Below are positions 12,966 through 26,709 of a DNA stretch of 64,000 bases, piece by piece. Numbering within the stretch: position 1 is the stretch's first letter; the number at the start of each line of letters is the position of its first letter. The notes below the pieces were generated by a model. That model did no database searches, was not told where the DNA came from, and worked only from the letters and a program-made list of their open reading frames with translations. Source of the stretch: Octopus vulgaris (Eukaryota); NCBI GenBank assembly GCA_951406725.2, contig OX597815.1:140368001-140432000 (forward strand), given 5' to 3'. The translations under genes and the position numbers were made by a program.

Positions 12966-15503
12966 ATATATAATATTTATATATAATATACCACCCACAT
13001 AGGAGAACATACCTGCATACCTGTTTCTTTGGCGCCAGTTACTTTCCCAATGAAGTGGATAGATTCGTAGTAAAGGTCAGTCACGACGAACTGTAGTTTC
13101 TCCAAGATACAAGGAGTTAACGGGAAAAAATCCGTCTATTGAGAAAGAGGTTCCTTTTCTCTCGGGTTTTATTATCTCAGCTTTTTGTTTACCTAGGCTC
13201 ACAGAGAGAAATATCTATGAACATATTTTAGAACCCACTGCTGTTCTGAGATACCCGGTCACGTTAGTGTGGTTGTGCAAAGCACCCACGTACATGTGTG
13301 GCCTCGGGGATGTTTAACAAATGTGAGAAAGGAAAAGATTGTGTGTTGATAGAGGTGACATGTACGTGGTTGATTCCTAATTTACCATATGAATTAGCCA
13401 CTGGTAGTGAACTATAAACCAAAGAACCTTGCCAGCACCATAAAACAAGTTACATCAAATCATACACATAATGTTCTGATACATGCAAACATACATACAT
13501 ACATACATACATACATACATACATACATACATACATACATACATACATACATACATACATACAAGAAAGTCATTAACGTACGGAAGACTGTCCGTATCTA
13601 ACATTACTGCCAATACCACCAGTCTTCAGGACATCTTTTCGTTTTATCGAAATATTTTCATGCAACGTACATGATACATCAAAGACTTGTTTTGGTTTAT
13701 AACATTTAACGACAATATGATGTAATTAAGAGTCTCACAGCAGTGTCATCCTTATGTGTAATTTAGCTTCAGATCAATAAGAATTTTTGTGGTCATTATT
13801 TTGATGTCTTTTAATAACTATTTACTCTCTTCATAACTGTCTGCATACTCTCTCTTAAAGTATACTAAACTTTCAATGCGTATAGAGGCTACACATTCAT
13901 CAACGATTTTACTTCTTACAACTAATTTTTGTTTATTATGATTTCCAAAAATTCATTCACACCTGATCTCAAGGAAGATAAGATATCAAGTGAATGGTGT
14001 TTTTTTTTCAATAGCCGGTAACTGATGTCATGAATTGTGTATGTTAAATATCATGGAACATTTTATTTCACATCTGTGTTGATATCTCCTCTCATAAATC
14101 ACTTCCACCTGATTTGGTTGGTTTCATCACAGTAATTTCTCTCACTTCGAGAGCTTTAGCTGACTGGCTGAGTAGAGACAATAACACTGCTCGCAGACAA
14201 AAGGTTGATAAATTATTCTTAACAGTGACTCGTACCCCGTCCTCGTTTATGAGAACTTCTGGCAAAATCTCTTCCTTCCTTAAAACTTTTATAACTGACT
14301 TCAAATTGTACAACAGCTCTCACCCATTGTTTTCTGTATACAATGCTATTGAATGTTTCTATTATACAGTCTGTTGTAAAGAATGTGGAAATCTCGATAG
14401 CCAACTTTAAAATTTCATTCATTTCTCAGTGAATAAAACTGGATCTGTGTTTGAATTTCAATTAAATGTTTGGTATCGATTTGTCTTTGATCGTGAAAGT
14501 AGATTTAATTAACGATTTTTCTTGAATTATGATCTCTTTTCTACTTATTTGTTTCCCATTGCTATATCACATGTGTTTTATTTCTGACTTTATATCACGT
14601 GCTTCAGATACTTGCAATGGTTTACGCTATCTTTTCAGTTTAGATATTTTAGTTTGTCTACATATTCAAACATCAAAGCTTAAAGTAAAGATTATATAAC
14701 GATCGTTTACTTGTACGGAAAATTTAAAGTCGCCGAGAACACTGATTTCACGTATTTAGATAAACTGAACTCAAGACTATAGAGTCTATCTGATGTCTTT
14801 GTTATGCTTAGTTTTTCATTCCGATAACAAAACGTAATTGATGTCAACAATTTCCAACAAATTTGGTCTCCTTGAACATTCTTTGTATCTAATTTTGGGA
14901 AACTATCGTAGACATTCTTATCATAAATCAATTTTCGTACTAAATTGGTTCCTTCCCAAGTATATATCGATTGATCCAGCATTATGGTAGTTAATATTCA
15001 GTAGATTTCAGAAATATATAAAATAAACATGCAGTTCCACGGATTTGATTTCTTCATCCATTTTTATGAGTAGTCACTTGTGTTATTATGTGAATATCTC
15101 TTATTAACGAATCATATTCCCTGAAACTGAATACATTATTGCATTTACGTTTAGCAAATCTCTCTCTATCTGGCTGGAACCAGTGAATATATATATATAT
15201 GTAGTAAACGTATAATTGAAAGCACGTGATCTTATGCTCAGGATGTTGGAATCGAAGTGAATGAGTGGTAGGTTTGATTTCTTTACCGCTCAATGCTTTG
15301 TGCGCATGAGCAAAAAACTTCATATCCCATTTAATTCAAGTGATTGCCAGCTAAGTGTGCTGATGCAGTCCTTTTTAACCCAGGCATTCGCATCCTATTG
15401 TTCCGCTGACTAAATGTGAAAATGTCGAGAGGGTGTCTGTGCTTGCTCGCATCTACATAATATCTTAAAACAGTGTGACTGCATGATAGGCATTCGCTTG
15501 CTA

Positions 15504-15572
<69 letters not shown>

Positions 15573-15574
<2 letters not shown>

Positions 15575-15695
15575 GACGGGCTTCTTTCAGTTTCTGTCCA
15601 CCAAATCCACTCACAAGGCTGTCATGCAGTGGGATTGAACCCAGAACTATGTGGTTGGTAAGCAAGCTACTTACCACACAGCTACTCCTGCGCCT
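15573..15695 (-). mobile_element. Internally deleted copy of the SINE at 49858
   Basis: Reverse complement matches aggcgcaggagt(a/g)gctgtgtggtaag...gcccgtcgta. Confidence 0.85.
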
Positions 15696-15700
15696 ATCTA

Positions 15701-15778
<78 letters not shown>

Positions 15779-15959
15779 TATTTATATATATATATACATA
15801 CGAGTGTGTTTATTATTATTGGCGTAAAGGTACTCCGAAAACAATAATATTTGCTTCGACACACGAGTTCACATCAAGTATCTTGCAAGCCAAATATAAA
15901 AACGAAGTATAATATATAATACAATTTGATATGATATATCAAACTGGCATTATACCAGC

Positions 15960-16380
15960 GTAATAAAGCAATGACAAGAGAAAGGTGAGGAGATTAAGAA
16001 TTATAGGTCGGAAAATGTGAGCAAAACGGAAAAGATATATCTCATCATAGATGTATCACATCCAACAGATGACAGTGCAACTCTAAAGGAAGTGAAGAAA
16101 ACATCCGAATCGGAATAACAAGAAACTGAGATGTTCTGCATTTGGGGACTGTAAAGAGTAACAATCCCTATAATAATAAGTAACTTGGCATGAGTTAAGA
16201 AATGTTGACAAATACATATTCAAAATTCCAGAACTTGGAGATACAAACCACAAAGAAAATAACACTGTTAGGAGCTGTACACATCTTAGGAGAAAGCTTT
16301 CGGTGGAAAACATAAACCCAAAGCCATGCACAAAGGACTGCACTTAGTTGTGCAGTGAAAACCTATAACTAGAATAAGAT
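15960..16380 (+). mobile_element. Degenerate R4/Dong-like LINE 3' end (REL endonuclease region)
   Basis: Frameshifted IDVSHP..KE, IWGL..TIPIII..LG and KITLLGAVHIL. Confidence 0.55.
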
Positions 16381-17321
16381 CATTCAAAAGTAATATCAGC
16401 TGGTGGTTTTATTACCCACTTGACCAAAGAAATAATTCATCTGATGCAGAAAATTTTACAGAAAATTATGAGTTTATCGATTGTAATTCAATGAAAAATG
16501 TTTTATACTTAAGGGTAGAAACCAGTCAGGAAATGAAAATGACCTGGATGTGCTGCGTACTGAACAGAAAATATTTGCAATGTTGACAGCATAGTAAACG
16601 TATTATTTAGAATCTAGTAAAAAATGCAGCAAAAATATTGTAGTCTCCCTGACCATGGAGATCGTTGCTCCTGCTAGTACTGTTGTTGTGGACGTTGCTT
16701 AACGTCAAATTATCTTTGGACAGACCGAATTATAATTAAAAAACATTCCAGTAATGACCACGCCAATTCCACAAAATACATTATCCAGTCTATTCTTATT
16801 TTAGAGACTGTGTGATTTGACGAAAAAAAATGTCTGGAGATTTTAACTGATCGAATGCCTACATAGAGCTCCTAAATGCTTTCCAGCCATGGCCATCTAA
16901 TTTTTTTTTAAATTCTGGGACTACATTCGTCAAAAGGTTTTTACATTTTTGATATGGCTAGTTGTGATATGAAGGAAATTTCACTTCTTTTTCTAGCAGG
17001 CCGAAAACTCACATATAAGCTCTATTACTGTGCCGGATCAGAGGGAGTTCATATGATTTGAGCATATTTTGTTTGATGACAAAGTAAGTGGTGCTTGATA
17101 GAAGGTTTGCTAAAGGACAGCTAGAGATTGCTAGATAATAGCTGTTAGAGACAACTAGAAGCTAGAAGCTAGATGCTGTTTATCAGTTGTAATTTGGTTG
17201 TAGCTAGAGATTTCTAGAAAGTAGCCGCTAGTTAATAGATCTAGAGACATTTAGTCATTAGTCGCTTGTTGCTAGATGATGGTTGCCCGAAAATGAATCC
17301 GTTATAGTAACAGTAAAAAAT

Positions 17322-17323
<2 letters not shown>

Positions 17324-17392
<69 letters not shown>

Positions 17393-17500
17393 GAGGGTGA
17401 GAGAGAGAGAGAAAGAGAGAGAGTGAGAGAAAGAGAGGGAGAGAGAAGAAGAAGAAAGAGAGTGATGTAGAGAGAGAGAAGAGGGAGAGGAGAAAGAGAA
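17324..17500. repeat. (GA)n microsatellite and purine tract
   Basis: Directly visible. Confidence 0.95.
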
Positions 17501-18159
17501 AATATAGTGTATTAGCCAGTGAATCTTTGGCAAGCAGCTGGATATTCTTACAAGTAAATTCTCAAGAATTATTGATTGAAAACACAGACAGAAGTATGAC
17601 TAACAAGACTATCTCTCTACAGCAGAAATATATTAACTAAGATCAATGGTAAATTAGTGATATAATCATAATTATGTATGCAGATAAGCATCTTGAACTA
17701 TAGCTAAATCACATATATAACGCTGGTTTTCAAACAATTTACCACAAGGTGTTTCTAAGTGCGTCGCCGATTTTTAAATATATATTTTAAAGCTTTAGAA
17801 AATTCATGCTTGTCCTTGAAAGACGTGTTAATATCAAATTTTCTTATACAAAACGATGAGCAATAGAATAGACGTTTTCCATACTTTTTCTGTTTTTTTT
17901 AATATTTTACAACAATTTAAAAAACTTTCCATGCAAAGAGCCCCTGGTATTTATTCTTCCGTATACTACAAAATCAAAGAAATTGAGACCCGCTTTTTTT
18001 TTTATTATCGACTCAAAATTACGTATAAATTCGTATCAATATGTTTGTATACGTTGCATGTTTGTGTGTGTTTGTGTGGGACCTTAGAAATCACGGACTT
18101 AGAGAGGCAGTTTGCTCCCATTTGGCAGTTAATGGAATCTCTGTAGTTACTGGAGGTTA

Positions 18160-18350
18160 TGTGGGTACGTGTTTGTTTCTGCGAGCAATGCTGGAGGCGA
18201 TATTATCTAGCGTATGTAGCTAGCTTTGATGTTACCGGCATTAAAGATTTTATGTTCCCGATGGGTTCTTGGAAAATGCTTTTTAATTAGCGAGAGCTCC
18301 AAGTTGCATCAGTACAAACATTTAGATTGGATTGTGGATTACACTAGAAT
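18160..18350 (-). mobile_element. Penelope-like element fragment (RT-EN linker)
   Basis: Minus strand KHFPRTHREHKIFN..IKASY..NIASSIARRNK resembles the PLE FPxxHxLHKIFN..SYS..N motif. Confidence 0.5.
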
Positions 18351-18492
18351 ACATTTTCCTTTCTATCTCTCTGTGAGTTTTGGAGTGAGAGTAGAGACTC
18401 TCAATACAATTCAATTAACTGTAACGCCAATCCTCTTGGTATTCTATCTGTCTGTCTGTCCGTTCATCTATCTATCACTCACTCACTCACTC

Positions 18493-18590
<98 letters not shown>

Positions 18591-18599
18591 ATTACCTTT

Positions 18600-18935
18600 T
18601 TCCTGTGTCATTCATTCATTACACTATGGCCATTCTAGGGCACTGCCTTCAAGACCTTATAGTCGAATGAATTCACCCCAGTAGTCGAACTGATTAGTTA
18701 CAGGAATATAAACACACCAACACTGGTTGCCAAGTGGTGGCGAGGGAAAACACAGAACCAAAGTTACACACACACACACACAATTATATACATATATGTA
18801 TACAATGGGCTTCATTCAGTTTACGTCCACCAAATCCACTCAAGGATTTGGTCGGCCCGAAGTTAAGACACTTGTCCAAGGTTTCACGCAGTGGCACTGA
18901 ACCCGAAACCATGTGGATAGGAAGCAAACTTCTTA
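18600..18935 (-). mobile_element. SINE copy (family of 49858) including 3' tail
   Basis: Matches the 49858 body in reverse; tail ggcagtgccctagaatggccatag on the minus strand. Confidence 0.75.
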
Positions 18936-18949
18936 TATATATGTATATA

Positions 18950-19020
<71 letters not shown>

Positions 19021-19735
19021 GTGTGTGTGTGTGTGTGTGTGTGAGTGTGTGTGAACTTGAGTTGTACTTGGCACTACTACTCATAAATCGAAGAGAATGC
19101 AGCATAGAGGATTCGTAGAGTAAATGATTTCTTTAGATAATTCTACCGTTTAATGTTTCACATGTCTCGTTTCATTCTAGTTGTGAACCTTCGAATAGAT
19201 AAAACAACGGGGAAGTGGATAACTGCGCAGTGTTCATAGGTTGTGTGAAGTGGTATTTTCCAACTGCGATGTTGTGGTATTGCTTTAGTTTTAGCTTCAC
19301 TGGGTTTTGTTTAATGCATATTGCTTTTATCAGTAATATGGAGAACTTGAATCTAAAATCATATAATTTGGTTATGGGTTGCGTGAATGTCAATGTTTGT
19401 ATGTGAGTACGTAGAAGATTGAGAAGAGTTATGTATATATGTTTATGTTTTTTGTTTTTACTGCTGAGGCAGATCTGTGGCAAATTAGAAGGAAATTCTG
19501 AATGCGACATATCTAAAATAATTTCTGGAGAGCATGGTCAGAATGCATGTTAATGCAAGTGTGTGTATATGTATGGGTGTGCATATTCCTGTACGTTTTT
19601 ATGTGCATGCGTGCGCTATGTACTTATGGAAGGTGAAATGTGAATAATCGGAATTACTTTGCATGGGTAAAAACGATAATAGGAAAGGGAATTGGAATTG
19701 GAATTGGAATTTATTTTCTAATGAGGGTTAAATAG

Positions 19736-19911
19736 TGTATGTATGTATGTATGTATGTATGTATGAATGTATGAATGTATGTATGTATGTATGTATGTAT
19801 GTATGTATGTATGTATGTATGTATGTATGTATGTATGTATGTATGTATGTATGTATGTATGTATGTATGTATGCATGTATACATACATACATACATATAT
19901 ATATATATATA
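19736..19911. repeat. (TATG)n/(TA)n microsatellite
   Basis: Directly visible. Confidence 0.95.
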
Positions 19912-21100
19912 ATAACACGAAGTGAGGAATTTCGATTATCCCCACGTTGCGAGTTATAATGCAAAACATAAAATAAACGAAGGAAAATGCACACGTTTTA
20001 TATAGTTTTAATATATTTTGTAATATATTTTATATTATGTTTATCGACCGGTTTCGCTTTCGCTAATCATCACATTGAAATTATTGTAATTTCGTATTTT
20101 CTCAAGAAGATTTTAGTCCACATTGTGTGTGAACAAGTTTATGAAAGAATGATTCAACAAGTAGAAAAATCTAAGGGGAAATGATTGGTGATCGTTATTA
20201 CTGGGGACAGGGGTGTTAATTGTTCGTTTTTCAGGTAGGAGATAAATGTACACAAAAACTCAAATGCTAAGTAGTGAGAATAAATATGTACAGTGACGGG
20301 TATGTGATCATGAATTGAAATATATACTGAAATCTAAAAATAGCTGCCTATTTTTATACTATGGGAATATTTATATATATATAGAATTAAGAATAAATTA
20401 AATTGGATAAAAGATTTCAAAAATATGAATTAAAAATTAAATGTTGGAAATTAGAAAGGTTATAGATTAAAAATTAAAAGAGATTATTGCAGCTAGCTAG
20501 TTTCTGAAAAGCTTATTCAGATAGATGAAAGAGAAATAACGTACGTATTATGTAACGACCGTGGGTGTGTATAGGCAAGTGTTATGTGCGTCGCGTTGGT
20601 TTTGATGCATTTGGACCCATGGAAGCATTTAAAGTTATATGTTTACATGTAGAGAATGCTTCGTGCTGTTTATTGAGTAACTGTGGCGAATCATGAATTA
20701 ATATTTGGAGGGCTTCTTTCAGACAGAGTCCGCAAGTGGAGCGCTGCCTTGGTATGGGACACCAAAAACTATTATAGCCCAAGATATCTTATATGGTATT
20801 TTTTAATTTATCAGATGATGTATGTGGTTGGCTAAAGACGTGGATTTGCTATGCTCCTCATATTTGAATGAGTTCAGGTGTGCAGAATATCTCTGCTTAA
20901 AATTGATAGTAGACCCGATGTAATGGCTATTAGAATTGCAGAGTATGTTCCCGACAATCCGTTTATATATATACCACGTTAAACTTTGTGCAATGAGCTT
21001 GCAGTGGGCATTCGGTCCCGGCCCGGCAGTTGCCGCTATCTGTCTTACGTGGGTTAATTTTGGAAAGGGATGATGCTGTACTATCTATGGACAAGTTAAA
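19912..21100 (-). mobile_element. Penelope-like element 3' part: GIY-YIG endonuclease plus pLTR-like end
   Basis: Minus strand NCRAGTECPL, YIGSTINFKQRYSAHLNSFK, STSLANHI, CGLCLKEALQIL, LLNKQHEAFSTCKH; hammerhead-like core at 20045-20074; ends at (TA)n. Confidence 0.8.
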
Positions 21101-21499
21101 GTTTATGGTGGTATTTGGGGATTGGCTCTTATTATCATTATTGTCGTTATTGTTATTATTACTATTATTATTAGTGTTAGTAATTAGTTTAAGATAGATG
21201 TCAGTTATAACATTAAAACACTAAATATTCTTTCTGACCACACCGAAGCTAGAATTCAGTTATTTAATTCATAGCCTTAAATGCCTTCCTCCCCTACTTT
21301 ACCAAAACATTAATGCCCGACTTCTCACCTTAAACCAATCCTAATGAAAAATAATACTGGTATCTCATCTTTATTTTTTATATTTTTATTTCGATTTTAT
21401 TTTACTTTCGCTCTCATTCATTATTTCCCACACCTATCCCTCTCCTTTCTTTTCTCTCTTTCTCCTCTCTCTTCTTTTCACTCTTTCACAACACATATC

Positions 21500-22015
21500 T
21501 GTCTATTATGATGTCTTTCTCACTCTATATGCTCACGTCGACCATTTTCATCCCAGCTAACCACTTGATCTATTCCCTTCAACATGAATGCAACATTCAA
21601 AATACTGTCAAAATACTGTCTGGATTTACTTGGGATCTTAAGGACCTATACATTCACGAAAGCATGGACCAATCTCAGTACCCTCTGGAAGAAGATTAGT
21701 TGTGAACTTTGCTCGCTTGTCTATATTTTTTTATCCTCTGTTTGACTCTTTATTCTTTTATCTACTATTTTATTCCTTTATAAACTGTGAATTCCCTGTC
21801 TAGAACTTTCCTACATATTCACCTTGTCTCTGATGACGGAATAACCACTGTATGTAGATGCTAACCTGTTACTCGAGATATCCCACAAACAACTGTAAGT
21901 CATCCATTAATTAATTGATTACCTCAAATTCACGTTACTCTAATTAAATATTCTAAATTACTTGAGATTCTCGTCTTGTCTAGGTTATTATTGTCTTTTT
22001 TCCTTTAATCTATAT
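21500..22015 (+). mobile_element. Probable Penelope pLTR region with degenerate hammerhead core
   Basis: gtct-CTGATGA...caaac-aact-GTA-agtc at 21826-21901; runs into (TA)n. Confidence 0.4.
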
Positions 22016-22202
22016 CTCTATATATATATGTGTCTGTGTGTATGCATGCGCAGGTGTGTATGCATGTGTATACATATAACCGCTTTGTGAATGATGGAAT
22101 GCAAAGTTTGAATGCTGCTTCATCAGAGAAGCTCAAAATAAATTGTAGATGATGGCATTTATTCAAGCTCATTCAAGGCAATAAGATCACTCCTTATTTA
22201 TT

Positions 22203-22388
22203 AATGATTTCAAATTTTGGCACAAGGTCAGCAGTCTCGGGACAGGAGTAAGTCGATTACATCGATTCGGGAAAGATGAAAGGCAAATTCAACTTCGGTG
22301 GGATTTGAACTTACGACAATGCAAAGACGAACGAAATATTTCTAAACATTTTACCCGATGACCAAAGGATTCTTCCAGCTCGCTCCTT
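22203..22388 (-). mobile_element. Degenerate SINE (family of 38480, ccttgtgccaaaatttgaaa tail)
   Basis: Reverse-complement match to the head, core and tail of the 30890 and 38480 copies. Confidence 0.75.
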
Positions 22389-23236
22389 ATTTAATATAAA
22401 TGACAATATTCCTAGTTTGTTCCCTAAGCGCCTGCCAAAGTAGTTTGAACAAGTTTGGAGTGTAACCATTTAGACCATAGCATAAAACAGTGCTTCTCAA
22501 GATGGAGGAGGAAGGAACGATTGCATATGGAGGAGGCCAATTTGCGATGATGAAAAAAAGATTTCCAACTCTTCAAAATTTTTCGACAGCATGGTGACGA
22601 AAGAACATTATATATTAATACAAACTCTGCTCTTTTAGTAGAGAAAGAGAAAGAGCAAAAATACCAAAGCTTTTGCTGCTTGAGGAACGGTACTGAGAAC
22701 CACTGAGGTAGACTATACAAACTAGTTGTTTTGTCCTTCGTACAACCATACACCTTCGACCGAATCTCAGCTCCTGTTATAATTTTTTCGCCATGCTTTC
22801 CTTTTTCTGCTCTTAAATGATTAGACAAAGTAATACTGGAAAATCGCACACATTTTTCTAGAATCGTATAAAACGCGGCTGTTGTGGGCGGTCACATCCT
22901 AATTGCGGAAACTTTTCATATTCTTTCCAACGGGAACCAAGGCGGAGGACTTCGATTGAAAGAAAAGGTCAAAGACAATTTTCACAGCTTGCATGCTGGT
23001 TGCAGAAACATTTTTAGATACACCTTCTGATTTGCTGACTGGCTCTTCCATTGACTAATTTTCCAAGATTCGATTTTTGTTAATGTAAATTTTATCGATT
23101 CTATCATAATCGCCTTTTCTAAGCGTACATCATGATCTAATTCACTAATCCGTTTAACGTAAGCTTTCAGCGCCATAAACGATGCATTCGGTTTCCAGTG
23201 TCTAGCCCCATGTCCATTCAGTTTATTTAGATGGTC

Positions 23237-23237
<1 letters not shown>

Positions 23238-23290
<53 letters not shown>

Positions 23291-23500
23291 TAGTGATTTC
23301 AAATGTTGGCACAAGACCAGCTAGTTCGGGAGAGGGGTAAGTCGATTATAACGACCTCAGTTCTCAACTGGTACTTTTTTATCGACCCTGAAAGGAGGAA
23401 AAGCAAAGACAACTTCAGTGGAATTTGAACTTGCAATGTAAAAGCGGATGAGATGCCGTTAATAATTTAGTTCAGTATTCTAACTTTCCTGCCAGATCAA
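23238..23500 (-). mobile_element. SINE (family of 38480) with long (TTA)n tail
   Basis: ctggtactttttttatcgaccctgaaaggaggaaaagcaaagacaac core in reverse; (TAA)n at 23238-23290. Confidence 0.75.
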
Positions 23501-23514
23501 ATAAAAATTGAAAA

Positions 23515-23720
23515 ATGTTTCAGCTTTTGGCACCACGCCAAGAAGGATAAAAAAACGAGTATCTCGATCCTAGTACTTGACTAGTACTTTATTCTAGTGA
23601 TCTTGAAAGGATGAAAGTCAAAGATGTCTAGGATGGAATTTGAACTTAGTACTGAAAGAGTAGGAACAAATTCCAGAAAGCATTTTGTTCGATGCTCTAA
23701 GAATTCTCTCAACTCACTGC
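23515..23720 (-). mobile_element. Older adjacent SINE copy, same family
   Basis: gaaaggatgaaagtcaaag...ggaatttgaact core. Confidence 0.6.
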
Positions 23721-26237
23721 ATTAATAATATGCTACATCATTCATCGACTGAGATCTGTAAGCTATGTTTTTTGTTACTTCAAAAGGAGAATACTTGAAA
23801 AAATTCTGTCTTGACAGAGACAATGCAATTATGGGAAAAATAAAATAAAATAAAATATATGTACTGTTTTATCTTTTTTATTTGAAGTTTTCCATCTGAA
23901 TATTTTTTGTGTTTTTTTCCTCTTTTTCATATTCTCTTTCTCCTTCCTCGTTTTATTACTGTCTTCTCAATCCATTTCTATTCGAATTTCTTTCGGCATT
24001 GCATGCTGTCAGGAAGTGTTATCCCAGAACCATGATTGTTCTGACAGTCGGAAATACAGTCTTGACCTAAGATTATTGGTTAATCTCTGACACAGTTTCT
24101 ATTGTACTCTGTAAATCTAACTGTCTACACTTTTGCAACATTCAATTGAAATCTTGAACAGCACCAGTGTCGACATCAACGCAGTAAGTCTTTTCTGCTT
24201 CACTATACATTTTAGTTCTCGTTATCAGCTGGAGATTTCTATTCAGCATACCCTGTATTTTATGTCGAAATGATAAATACTAACTGTAGAGAAATCAAGA
24301 GATTTATACAGATTAAGTTGGAAGATTGAGCAAACTTTCGAATTCTAACAGGAATCATGAATCTATAATTCAGAGTTCAGCATTATAAGCAAATTCAGCT
24401 CTGGAGATAATTGTAAACTTGATGATTTAGCAATTCAGTAAATCAGTAATTTGAATACATATCTTGATTCTATGTGTGTTTAATTTCAGCTAGAATCTGC
24501 TTGCTTAATTTGACAGATGTCGCTGCCTGGATTATATTTCTGATGTACAAGTACAGCCAGTGCGGGGCCGTATCTATCGATAGTTACACTTATACGCCGC
24601 TCAGAACTGCTGATATCTCGCTTTGGAGAACTTCAGCAAAAGCTATAGTGTTGCACGTAACTTCGGCAGTGTCTTCGACTTAGTCTTTTCATATAGCTTC
24701 CTTAGCTAATTTGTCCAAATATGGGCTCTGTTCGTTTCTCATTTGTATACAGGTCGCTCCGCTTTTAATGAGTATTAGAAAGGACTCAGCCTAATCGCCA
24801 TTATCACTCCATTAGCTCTTGATTACTACATCCCTTTCTGGTGTAGATTAAAGAGACACATGTTACCAATTCTAAATCGGTTATAAATATTACTGTAGTT
24901 CACTTATCCTTAACATTTTACATACAAATATCACACATATTCTACTTATATCAAAATATTTATTTAAATTACTGATATATTGAATTCCTATATCACTAAG
25001 GAAGTCTATAATTTTCTCCAGTGCTAAACATTTCTCTAATGCTGATATCTGAATAAGAGATTAATGATTTCTGTTAGAACATCAATGTTTGCTCATTTTT
25101 CTTATCAAACCTGCACATCTTCAATTAACAGAAATTGAATAAACATCTTTCAACAGGGACCATAGTAATATAATCATTTTCAATAGTACAAACATATAAA
25201 CGATAGACATTTAGATATTTCAGGAAAACAATGTTTAGTATGCAGATTGAACTCAAGAACAACACACAATTAGCATTCAGGAAGTCTATACAAATATTTG
25301 ATTTCACCATTTCTAAGGATCTTTCATAGCAACTTCATAAATATATTGGTAAATTTATATAACAAAACGGGATTTCTCCTCATAGTCACTCGATATTCTC
25401 TTATCTTAGATATTTGCTAATATCTTACGAAGTCTAAGTACGGTTTGCATTGTGGATTCCTCTCCCGGAATGATGTTTCTGCTGTACATATGCAAGTATT
25501 TCATAATATAGGGAAAAGAATGTAATTCAATCATCTAGGCGGCAACAATCGTTGAGTGGGTAAAGAAATTCTATTCATAATTATGTGGTTTCGGGTACAA
25601 TGGTACTGCACAGCATCTTCGGTAAATGGTACTCGTTCACACTATACCGTAACGTTAAATTTGATGACAAAGTAGTTCTCCATAGCTGGAAAAGTCGAAG
25701 AAAATCTATCGAATGGTCACAACTTTCAACAGAACACTAACAAATATAGACGTCTTTTGTTGTGGTTCTACATAAAATGAGATATTTTCAAGAAATCAAT
25801 GTATTCTTGATGACATTATTCTATACATAAGAGTCGCATTTTGAGAAACTGCAGCATTAAGAAACTCTGTACCAATGTATAGTTAACTGCGGACACTAGA
25901 CAAGGGTAGTAAGGTCAGCCGTCAAGAAAGAATACTTTATTACGACTGACTGTATTTAATAACTATCAGTGACTTGGCTTCAGGGCGACTTAAAATTATT
26001 GTAACCATAACCATAACATACGCATGTTCTTTTCCAACAGTATTAAAAAAATGCATTCATCTACATACATTCATACACATATGTGCATGGACACACACAA
26101 ATACATATGTGTGTTTGTATGTATGCATCTCTCTCTCTCTCTAAATATATATGTTGAAAGATTTCTATGTACACGAAATCATTCCTTGGCTTGTTAACTC
26201 AGAAATAAAGAATATTAGCGCGTGTGTATATATATAT

Positions 26238-26531
26238 ATATGAAAAAACAAGTCAGGATAGAAAATGCTAAAATAATTTTATAAAGAACATTTCAGTATC
26301 CGTTTCAGTCATTAAGACTTTTTCAACTGTAACAATTAAATAATTAAATTTAAAAAAATTAAAAGGAAAGTGTTTTTAAAAGAATATTTGTATTAAAATT
26401 TTCCTTCTAATTTTTCTAAATTTAATTATTTAATTGTTACAGTTGAAAAAGTCTTAATGACTGAAACCGGTACTGAAATGTTCTTTATAAAATTATTTTA
26501 GCATTTTCTATCCTGACTTGTTTTTTCATAT
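26238..26531. repeat. Long inverted repeat (~130-bp arms, ~30-bp spacer) with hammerhead-like motif
   Basis: Arms ~26238-26369 and ~26400-26531 are near-perfect reverse complements; (TA)n on both sides. Confidence 0.9.
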
Positions 26532-26561
26532 GTATCAACTCGTGTGTTCCTTTTCATCCTT

Positions 26562-26709
<148 letters not shown>

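Noticed and set aside
13286-13369. 12-bp inverted repeat ccacgtacatgt / acatgtacgtgg
   Set aside because: Short, no TSD or second copy; could be chance
24500-25500. Possible RNase H-bearing LINE relic (DKLAKEA, RxRTG on minus)
   Set aside because: Motifs too short and not in a consistent order
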